In this document: positions 24,976 through 32,000 of the stretch, one piece after another
Numbering within the stretch: the first letter of the stretch is position 1
Layout: the number at the start of each line of letters is the position of its first letter
From: Vibrio alginolyticus NBRC 15630 = ATCC 17749
GTDB taxonomy: Bacteria; Pseudomonadota; Gammaproteobacteria; Enterobacterales; Vibrionaceae
Assembly (NCBI RefSeq): GCF_000354175.2
Contig: NC_022349.1
Coordinates: 3,180,001 to 3,212,000, forward strand
Direction of reading: 5' to 3'
Length of the DNA: 32,000 bases
The notes under the pieces: generated by a model
The model's input: only the letters and a program-made list of their open reading frames with translations
Databases searched by the model: none
Told to the model about the DNA's origin: nothing
Position numbers and translations under genes: made by a program

Positions 24976-27900
24976 CAGGATACGTGTTATGGTGGATTCC
25001 ACTGGTTGCTTTGGCGGCTGGTGGCGTCGGCACTGTGCATGCAGAAAGCTTTAGCTCAAAACCTCTGACAAAGTCGCAGCTCGCACAGGTCTACAAGCCT
25101 ATCGAGCTGGTTCAATTTTCCACATCATTAGCACGAGTTGACTCGGTTGAGTGGTTGGTTGAGCAGCTAAAACTGGCGGATGCGATTGGCCGAGATGATA
25201 TTGTCGAGAGTACTCTGGAGAGGCTGTTCGCGATTGAAGAAAGCAATCCAACGGGGCTTTTCTATCAAGCGAATATGTATCTGAAACGTAAGCAGCCAGA
25301 ATTAGCAAAACCGGTATTTGAGCGCTTAATCAGACAGGCGCCTCATTCGACTCAAGCGAAAAACTTGTCATCGATTATGGCTATTCAGGGAGAGAAAAGA
25401 GCGGATTATCAGCGCGCTCAGTTGCTTGCAAAATCTGGTCGTTACGATGAAGCGATTCAAGCTTACAAAGCCCTTTTCCCAAATGGAATGCCATCACCAG
25501 CGTTACAACTTGAACTCCTACAGTTGCAAAGTAATTTGCCTGGCAGTTGGATCTCGGTGAAACAGGGACTGGAACGTTTAAATGCAAATTATCCTAGTGT
25601 TCCGTCTTTTCAACTCGCGTTAGCCAACCATATTCGCAAAGAGAATCCTGCTGATCCATGGATTCTCGATACCTATAAAAAGTTAGCGCTTGCTCCTTCG
25701 GTTGGAACAAATGCGGCAACGTCGTGGTTGCGTGCATTGGATCAATTGCCTATTTCAGATCAAGTTGTTCAGCAATATGCCATCTTAGCTAGCTACTACC
25801 CGTCTGACATGGAGATACAAAGAGCGAATCAAAGCGCGAAAGATCGCTGGAAAAAGGAAAAGGAACTACGCAAAGACCCCACCTATCTCGCCAAGCTCAA
25901 AGGGTTAGCGTTGCTCGAGGAAGATAAAACCGGCCAAGCAGAAGCTCAGCTGCGTTATGCGTTGACGACTCGTCCGCAAGATCCTGAATTGCTTGGTGCT
26001 ATGGGTAAGGTTTATCTACGTAGAGGGCAGCAACAAAAAGCGCTCGGATACTTTAAACAGGCTCAGCACTTAGATCATAATCCTGACTCGGCCTCAAAAT
26101 GGGCAGCGCTAATCGAGACTTCTCAATATTGGGCGTATCTTGATCAAGGTGATGCCTTGGTCGAAAAAGGCCAGTTTAAGCAAGCAGAAAGCGCTTATCA
26201 AAAAGCGATTCAAGTAGATAAATCCCAACCTTATGCTTATTCATCATTAGGCTCTTTGTATCTGGTACAAGAAAATTATGCCGCGGCAGAGAAGGTTTTC
26301 AAACAAGCTTTGCAACTGGATAGCAGCAATAGCTCTGCATTGCGTGGTCGCTTAGATGTTCGTATTCAGCAGCAAGATTGGTCTGGCGCGGAAGCACTCG
26401 CGCGCAGTTACTCAGCCCCACAGCAGAAAGTGGTCGCTGAAAAAATAGCGAGCATCAAGTCGGAAGTTATTTTGACTCGTCTGCGGATCGCAATCGCTCA
26501 AAATGATCAGGCAACGATGAAAGCGTCCGTAGAGGAATTGATTGCGCTACAGCCAACCTCCCCATGGTTAAGGCTTGATATTGCTGACGTGGTTCATTCA
26601 ATGGGCGACAAAGTACGCGCGGATACGCTGATGTCCGATTGGGCTACATCTAGTAATGACCCTGAAATGAAATTTGCTTACGCGCTTTATCTCGCGCAGG
26701 ACTTCAACGTGAATGAGGCCATCGCTGAGCTAGAGAGTATCGCACAACATGATATGACAGACGCAATGCAGCGCAATTTAACCCGCTTGAAGCTTGATGC
26801 TCAGTTGAGAGACATTCAAACGCGTTACTTAGCTTCTCCCGAATCAGTAATGGCGACATTACGTGCGCTAGAGTCGGATTATCAAGGTCAAATTCAACCG
26901 CTCGCTCGTCTAGTGAGTGCGTGGTTAGACATTGATGAAGTTAAGGAAGCTGAGAGGATTTTCCGAAACATTTCGCTTTCAGAAGATTGGTCAACCGATG
27001 ACAAACTGGCTTACGGCAGCATGATGGTAAGCTTGAATCACTTTGAAGATTTTGATCGTTGGTACGCGGACTTAGCATTAAATTCCGCAACACAAGATTT
27101 AAGTGCTTCGGAAGCATTACAGCTTGATGAACTCAAAACCCGTCGACTGTTGAGTCAAGCGGATCTGATGCTGGTTAATCAACAGCCTAAGCTTGCGTTG
27201 GATTTGTATGAACAAGTTTCTTTAAAGCCTGAGCCATTTAAAACTCAAGCAGAAATTGGCATGTTGCAAGCTAGTGCTTTGACTGGATATGAAGCGACGT
27301 ATCACGACATGCACCTCATTTTGAATAAAAAGCGCGATAGCTTAACTGCGGCACAGTTGATGACAGTGGCCGCGGTGTTTAATCAACAAGGCTATCGAAA
27401 TGACGCTAATGCGCTAAATCAGTTGTTGGATGCGATGCCTGATGCTGACGCATTAGCATTTCGCAATAGCATGTCTATAGCAATGGAAAATCAACAGTGG
27501 GCGTTAGCTGAAACACGCGCCTATCAAGCCTTAAATCGTGACCGAATGGATAAAAATCGTGAACCTGAAGAGGCGAAAAAAGAACCCCTAAGCTTACGCG
27601 AGCTATATGATACTGCTGACGACTACTGGTTGACTCGTAACGTCAAATCGGACATCGATAAACTGCATGATCGGAGTGATGGGCATGTCATGATTGGCTG
27701 GGATTACAGTGCACGAGATGGCCGTAATACTTCGAATCAAGTGCCCATAGAAGCCCGAATCCCGATAGAGAGCTGGGATGGGCACCTATTGCTAAAAGCC
27801 GATTATGTTTCTATCGATTCAGGTCAGTTGGACTATTATGAAAAAACCACCGATTCTGACAGCACTTCGTTCCAAAATGACGCATCAGGTATGGCATTTG

Positions 27901-28730
27901 GAGTGGGCTGGCAGGCTGAAGATTGGTTGGTCGATATCGGCACGACACCAATTGGTTTCGACCATACCACATGGGTTGGTGGTGTGCGCATCAATGGGGA
28001 CCTGGGTGAGTTCGGTTGGACGGCAGAAGCTTCGCGTCGCCCAGAGACCAGTAGCGCGCTTTCTTATGCTGGAATGTCTGTCCCTAGCGGCACGACTGAC
28101 CCTCAAGGGACTAAATGGGGCGGAGTTGCTCGTACTGGTGTGAAGTTGAGCTCAAGTTGGGACATTGGTGGCCCTTACGGTTTTTGGAGTAGCTTGCAGT
28201 ATCATGTTTTGACTGGTGAAAAGGTTGAGGACAACACTCGTTTAGGCGTGCTAGGTGGAGCGTACTACAAGTTAATTGCAACGGATGACCAGCGTTTAAG
28301 TATAGGTACGAACTTAATGTACCTTGATTACGACAAAAATCTGGGTGAGTACACGCTAGGTCACGGTGGCTACTACAGCCCGCAAAGTTACTTCTCGGTG
28401 TCTTTACCTATCAACTTTTATGGCCGATACAACAGTTCTTGGTCATATCAATTGAGTGCATCCGTCTCTAACTCTTGGACTAAGGAAGACGCGCCATACT
28501 TATCGACAGTAGCGGAGTCAGACAAAGGTGGTGGTTTTGGTACGTCGTTGCAAGCGGCGGTGGAAAAGCGAGTCAGCAAACGTTGGTATCTTGGTGCGTT
28601 AGTCGATGTACAACGTTCTGAGTTTTATACACCAAACCATTTCATGCTTTATGCCAAGTACACCTTTAATGATCGTTGGCAACCAATAGAGTATCCGCCA
28701 GCAGCACCAACGTTGTATAGCGACTTCTAA
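24966..28730 (+). CDS. bcsC: cellulose synthase outer-membrane subunit BcsC (TPR array plus C-terminal beta-barrel)
   Basis: 1254 aa with signal peptide ...GTVHA|ES. There are many TPR-like repeats (for example AESAYQKAIQVDKSQPYAYSSLGSLYLVQENYAAAEKVFKQALQLD). The C-terminal ~400 aa are rich in G/Y/W beta-strand sequence and end ...YAKYTFNDRW. The gene overlaps bcsZ by 10 nt. Confidence 0.93.
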   Translation: MSVTGYVLWWIPLVALAAGGVGTVHAESFSSKPLTKSQLAQVYKPIELVQFSTSLARVDSVEWLVEQLKLADAIGRDDIVESTLERLFAIEESNPTGLFYQANMYLKRKQPELAKPVFERLIRQAPHSTQAKNLSSIMAIQGEKRADYQRAQLLAKSGRYDEAIQAYKALFPNGMPSPALQLELLQLQSNLPGSWISVKQGLERLNANYPSVPSFQLALANHIRKENPADPWILDTYKKLALAPSVGTNAATSWLRALDQLPISDQVVQQYAILASYYPSDMEIQRANQSAKDRWKKEKELRKDPTYLAKLKGLALLEEDKTGQAEAQLRYALTTRPQDPELLGAMGKVYLRRGQQQKALGYFKQAQHLDHNPDSASKWAALIETSQYWAYLDQGDALVEKGQFKQAESAYQKAIQVDKSQPYAYSSLGSLYLVQENYAAAEKVFKQALQLDSSNSSALRGRLDVRIQQQDWSGAEALARSYSAPQQKVVAEKIASIKSEVILTRLRIAIAQNDQATMKASVEELIALQPTSPWLRLDIADVVHSMGDKVRADTLMSDWATSSNDPEMKFAYALYLAQDFNVNEAIAELESIAQHDMTDAMQRNLTRLKLDAQLRDIQTRYLASPESVMATLRALESDYQGQIQPLARLVSAWLDIDEVKEAERIFRNISLSEDWSTDDKLAYGSMMVSLNHFEDFDRWYADLALNSATQDLSASEALQLDELKTRRLLSQADLMLVNQQPKLALDLYEQVSLKPEPFKTQAEIGMLQASALTGYEATYHDMHLILNKKRDSLTAAQLMTVAAVFNQQGYRNDANALNQLLDAMPDADALAFRNSMSIAMENQQWALAETRAYQALNRDRMDKNREPEEAKKEPLSLRELYDTADDYWLTRNVKSDIDKLHDRSDGHVMIGWDYSARDGRNTSNQVPIEARIPIESWDGHLLLKADYVSIDSGQLDYYEKTTDSDSTSFQNDASGMAFGVGWQAEDWLVDIGTTPIGFDHTTWVGGVRINGDLGEFGWTAEASRRPETSSALSYAGMSVPSGTTDPQGTKWGGVARTGVKLSSSWDIGGPYGFWSSLQYHVLTGEKVEDNTRLGVLGGAYYKLIATDDQRLSIGTNLMYLDYDKNLGEYTLGHGGYYSPQSYFSVSLPINFYGRYNSSWSYQLSASVSNSWTKEDAPYLSTVAESDKGGGFGTSLQAAVEKRVSKRWYLGALVDVQRSEFYTPNHFMLYAKYTFNDRWQPIEYPPAAPTLYSDF

Positions 28731-28735
28731 CAAAA

Positions 28736-28764
28736 AACAAAGGCCGGAAATCCCGGCCTTTGTT
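28736..28764. repeat. palindromic hairpin, right copy of the bracketing repeat; bidirectional terminator for bcsC and cnoX
   Basis: AACAAAGGCCGG-aaatc-CCGGCCTTTGTT forms a 12-bp stem. An A6 tract precedes it on the plus strand, which gives a U-tract for minus-strand cnoX, and TTGTCTT follows it. The core at 28737-28763 is 25/27 identical to 14079-14105. Confidence 0.85.
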
Positions 28765-28790
28765 GTCTTATTCCTAGAAGAATGCGGCGC

Positions 28791-29645
28791 TTAGTACAAA
28801 ATTGAGTAAAGCTGGCGACGATATCTGCTTGCTAATGCGTTACCTTGACCTAGCGCACTGAGAATATCCATAAAAGTCTTCTTCACGTCACCGTCTTGGG
28901 CGCCCAAGTCTTTTTTAAGAATATTCCACAGCAGTTCCAACGCTTCTTCATCCCGACCAACTTGGTTGTATTGTACCGCCAATTCACAAGCGAGTTCGAA
29001 GTTTGCCATGTCTGCTGCGTATGCTTGTTCTAGTCGCTGTAACTCAGGGCTATCTGCAGCCTGCAAATGCAGCTCGAGCTTGGCTATTAGGCTCTTGTAG
29101 TAGTTATCTTGATACTCGAGAGGGATAGCGTTCAGTAGTTCTTGGGCAATATCAAATTGTTTGGTTTCTAGCAAACAATCAGCCATCGCGAGTTTCACAT
29201 CACCACGCTCTTGCAGCTCTGGCGGCAAAGTGTGGATGATGCTCAAAGCCTGAGCATGCTCACCTTGCTGAAGAAGTTCACTGACTTGTTTTAATAGTTG
29301 CTCATCTGGGCTTGGCAAATGCTTTTGTAGCATGGTAGCAATGGCATCAATTGGCTGGGGGCCTCCCAGACCATCGACGGCTTGACCATTTATAAACAGC
29401 GCGATAGTTGGCAATACTTGCACGCCAAATTGAGACGCTAAAGCGGGCTGATCTTCACAATTTAGTAGAGCAAGCGTAAATGCACCGTTGTACTGTTGAG
29501 CAAGAGATTGCAACTCAGGGAGTATCTGTGCGCTTTCTGGCTGAGCGTTGGCCCAAAAGTGGATCAAAACGGGCGTGTTCATTGATCCTTCAAGCGTTTC
29601 GCGAAAGTTCTGTTCTGTTATCTCAACGATAAATGGGGATTGCAT
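28791..29645 (-). CDS. cnoX: chaperedoxin CnoX (YbbN; thioredoxin-fold plus TPR co-chaperone)
   Basis: 284 aa, the same length as E. coli YbbN. It has a Trx-like N-domain without CxxC (HFWANAQPES). Cys63 is conserved (LLNCEDQ), and the TPR C-domain ends ALASRYRRQLYSILY, compared with E. coli ALASKYRRQLYALLY. Confidence 0.92.
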   Translation of the reverse strand: MQSPFIVEITEQNFRETLEGSMNTPVLIHFWANAQPESAQILPELQSLAQQYNGAFTLALLNCEDQPALASQFGVQVLPTIALFINGQAVDGLGGPQPIDAIATMLQKHLPSPDEQLLKQVSELLQQGEHAQALSIIHTLPPELQERGDVKLAMADCLLETKQFDIAQELLNAIPLEYQDNYYKSLIAKLELHLQAADSPELQRLEQAYAADMANFELACELAVQYNQVGRDEEALELLWNILKKDLGAQDGDVKKTFMDILSALGQGNALASRYRRQLYSILY

Positions 29646-29795
29646 CAGAGTATCCTTGCCTTGTGTCTTGTCGTTGATATTAGATATGGAGTTGATTTAG
29701 GTGAAATTCAAGCGACATTCACCATCAATAATGAATCATTCTATTTTGAGAAAACGTGAGGTAATAGAGTGAGGTTATTGCTGCTCAGGTGTTAG

Positions 29796-29824
29796 ATAAA
29801 AAGAAAACGCTGCCGAAGCAGCGC
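29796..29824 (-). terminator. rho-independent terminator (minus strand) downstream of the 21-codon mini-ORF
   Basis: The minus strand reads CGCTGC-ttcg-GCAGCG followed by TTTTCTTTTT. Confidence 0.7.
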
Positions 29825-29852
29825 AATTCTAATGCTATTTGTTAGTGCGGTA

Positions 29853-29918
29853 TCAAAATAGGATGAACATGGTCAACACTACACCCACACTAAGCCAGTT
29901 AAGCTGATTTAATGTCAT
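29853..29918 (-). CDS. candidate 21-aa hydrophobic mini-protein
   Basis: Hand translation gives MTLNQLNWLSVGVVLTMFILF, with a GAGG SD 7 nt upstream of the ATG and TATACT about 20 nt upstream. A terminator lies 30 nt after the stop. There is no homology evidence. Confidence 0.3.
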   Translation of the reverse strand: MTLNQLNWLSVGVVLTMFILF

Positions 29919-30117
29919 TGTTGCCTCGCAGTAGTATAAACATTGCTACAAAACGTAATGGGTGGCGATACCAAATCTAAGCAACTCAATCACTTTGGGC
30001 GAAAGAATCCCCGCTGAATTGCGTAGAAATTGATTCGTTTAGTTGAGGTTTTTTTAACCTACATGTTCATAATGACATCACATTGTTACGGTGAAATTAC
30101 ATTTCGACAAAACTTTT

Positions 30118-30945
30118 TTATGCAGCCTGTCGCAAAATTTTATCAAGTGCACGGGTTGGTAATAGTCTTTTCAAGACTGCGAATAATTTAGTCGGTGTAG
30201 TAATTCGATAACGAATTTTCGGTGAAACGCTAGTTAATGCATGAAGAACTGGTGCGATGCAAGACTCTGCAGGCAAAACAAATCGATTATTAGACTTGTC
30301 GTTGTTGAGTCGCTCTCTTTGTCCTTCATAAGCATCACGATGGGGGCTAGATTCAATATCAACCCACTTCTCAAAGGCTCGTAATGCATTGTTTCTAAAT
30401 TGAGTTTCGATCGGTCCTGGTTCTATCAATGCTACTTTGATATTCGTATCCGCAAGCTCTAGCCTGAGCGTATCTGTCCAGCCTTCTAAGGCAAATTTTG
30501 ATGCATTATAGGCACCACGGTATTTCATTGCGGCAAAACCAAGAACAGAGCTGTTTTGTATGATGCGTCCTTCGCCTTGCTGGCGCATATGAGGAAGTAC
30601 CTCTCTGACCAACTGGTGCCAACCAAAAAAGTTGGTCTGAAATTGATCTTGAAGAGCCTCGGTGGGTAAGTCTTCCAGTGCTCCGGGCTGACCATAGGCA
30701 CCATTATTGAACACTGCGTAAAGCTTACCTTCTGCTAACTCTAGCGCTTGCTTCACGCCCGAAGAAATGCTTTCTGGGCTATTTAGGTCTAGATTGATGC
30801 AGGTTAGCCCTTCATTAATTAGGCGCTGGACATCTTGTTCTTTCCTACAAGATGCAATGACATTAAATCCCTTGTTTTGTAGGGCGTGAGCGCACACGTA
30901 ACCGATGCCGGTTGAACAACCCGTAATAAGAATCGACTTTTTCAT
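30118..30945 (-). CDS. ybbO: short-chain dehydrogenase/reductase, YbbO-like NADP-dependent aldehyde reductase
   Basis: 275 aa. It has the Rossmann motif ILITGCSTGIG, NNGA, the catalytic YNASK and the IEPGPI motif. It is collinear with remembered E. coli YbbO (SVLITGCSSGIG...FNNAG...GAYAASKYALEAWSD...LIEPGPI...LKRLLP..MDKIL) and sits next to cnoX, as in E. coli. Confidence 0.88.
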   Translation of the reverse strand: MKKSILITGCSTGIGYVCAHALQNKGFNVIASCRKEQDVQRLINEGLTCINLDLNSPESISSGVKQALELAEGKLYAVFNNGAYGQPGALEDLPTEALQDQFQTNFFGWHQLVREVLPHMRQQGEGRIIQNSSVLGFAAMKYRGAYNASKFALEGWTDTLRLELADTNIKVALIEPGPIETQFRNNALRAFEKWVDIESSPHRDAYEGQRERLNNDKSNNRFVLPAESCIAPVLHALTSVSPKIRYRITTPTKLFAVLKRLLPTRALDKILRQAA

Positions 30946-30989
30946 AATTTAATTTAAGACTCAGAAACCTTGATTAGAGCCATCATTCA

Positions 30990-31904
30990 TCAGCTCCGGT
31001 CATGAAGCAAGTGCTTGAGTGCTGGCTCTATTCTGGAGTAGCTAAATTTAAAGCCCAGTTCGGTGAGTTTTTTGGGTTTGGCTCTCATGCTATCAAACAA
31101 TAAGCAGGAAGATTCTCCCATTAGGAGTTCCATCGCCCATTTAGGCGTGAACAAGATATGCGGACGTTTTAGCGTTTTAGCTAGTGTGCCGCTGAATATA
31201 CGATTAGTCACAGGATGGGGGGCGCACATATTGAATGCACCGTGGGCATGTGGTGTTTCAAGCAAGTACATGATGGCGCGGACCATATCTAGGATGTGAA
31301 TCCAAGGCATGTACTGATTACCGTTCCCAAGTGGGCCGCCTACGCCAAGCTTGTAAGGTAATAGCATTTTTGCCAACGCACCACCATTAAGGCCGAGTAC
31401 CACGCCAGTTCTCAGTAGACAAACCCGTGTTTGTTCCGACTCTGCGCGCTTGGCTATTTGCTCCCACTTTGCACAAACCTCGTGAGGAAAGTCGTCGCTA
31501 TTAACATGTAAGCACTCATCAAACGGATGGTCTTGTTGATCACCATAGTAGCCAACTGCCGAGCCACTAATAAAAACAGAGGGAGGTTCGGTACTTGCGT
31601 GGATCAGCTCAACAATTTGCTCGGTAATTTTCCAACGACTTTTGCAGATTTTTTCTTTTTGCTCGCTGGTCCACCTTTTATCCGCAATTGGCTCACCTGC
31701 AAGATTAATGACGGCATCAACGTGATTGAGATCGGCGAACGACTCGAGCGAGTCAAGGTATTCGATATTACCCAGATCAGCATGCTGTAGGCGTTGTTTT
31801 GCTCGCTCTGGAGAGCGTGTAAGTAGCATAACCTGGTGAGTTGATAGCAGCTTGAGCAACTCCGAGCCAATAAACCCAGTGCCACCTGTGAGTAATATCT
31901 TCAT
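30990..31904 (-). CDS. TIGR01777-type NAD-dependent epimerase/dehydratase family protein (YfcH-like, C-terminal DUF1731)
   Basis: 304 aa counted from ATG 31904 (MKILLTGGTGFIGSEL, an N-terminal Rossmann motif, with an AGAGA SD). The track start at 31925 adds 7 residues in front of the beta1 strand. The C-terminus PKKLTELGFKFSY is typical of the YfcH family. Confidence 0.8.
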   Translation of the reverse strand: MKILLTGGTGFIGSELLKLLSTHQVMLLTRSPERAKQRLQHADLGNIEYLDSLESFADLNHVDAVINLAGEPIADKRWTSEQKEKICKSRWKITEQIVELIHASTEPPSVFISGSAVGYYGDQQDHPFDECLHVNSDDFPHEVCAKWEQIAKRAESEQTRVCLLRTGVVLGLNGGALAKMLLPYKLGVGGPLGNGNQYMPWIHILDMVRAIMYLLETPHAHGAFNMCAPHPVTNRIFSGTLAKTLKRPHILFTPKWAMELLMGESSCLLFDSMRAKPKKLTELGFKFSYSRIEPALKHLLHDRS

Positions 31905-32000
31905 GTTATCTCTTTGAATGTACACGTATTAGAACATTATAGTCGTTTTGTGCTTAGCTTGATCATCTCAACACCATTATTTCTGGGATAGTGACAAGCT

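Overview
This is a gamma-proteobacterial chromosomal window, Vibrionaceae-like judging from gene order and protein sequences, and it is almost fully coding. From 1 to 9.9 kb it holds core housekeeping genes: the tail of one flagellin gene and a second, divergent flagellin (+), then crr-ptsI-ptsH, cysK and cysZ (all -), then zipA and ligA (+). From 10.3 to 14.0 kb it holds an OprD-family porin resembling E. coli ChiP, a visibly AT-rich islet, and nfeD-qmcA. The islet carries two tandem paralogous ~60-aa secreted two-cysteine peptides, one of them below the ORF-track cutoff. From 14.1 to 28.7 kb there is a complete E. coli-type (type II) cellulose synthase / phosphoethanolamine-cellulose locus. 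It is arranged divergently as bcsG-bcsF-bcsE (-) and bcsR-bcsQ-bcsA-bcsB-bcsZ-bcsC (+). bcsF is absent from the ORF track and bcsR is over-extended in it. From 28.8 to 32 kb lie cnoX (ybbN), a ybbO-like SDR and a YfcH-like epimerase (all -). Four items deserve a second look. (i) The bcs locus occupies the qmcA|cnoX junction, which in E. coli holds only fetAB, and it is bracketed by two direct copies of a 27-nt palindrome (25/27 identical). (ii) bcsE is split into two overlapping ORFs by a -1 frame change at an A8 run. (iii) The small secreted C-x14-C peptide pair has no function I can assign. (iv) A 21-codon hydrophobic mini-ORF has its own SD and terminator. I saw no rRNA, tRNA, CRISPR, transposase or integrase genes. 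All homology statements come from reading the translations against remembered family motifs and remembered E. coli sequences, not from any database search.
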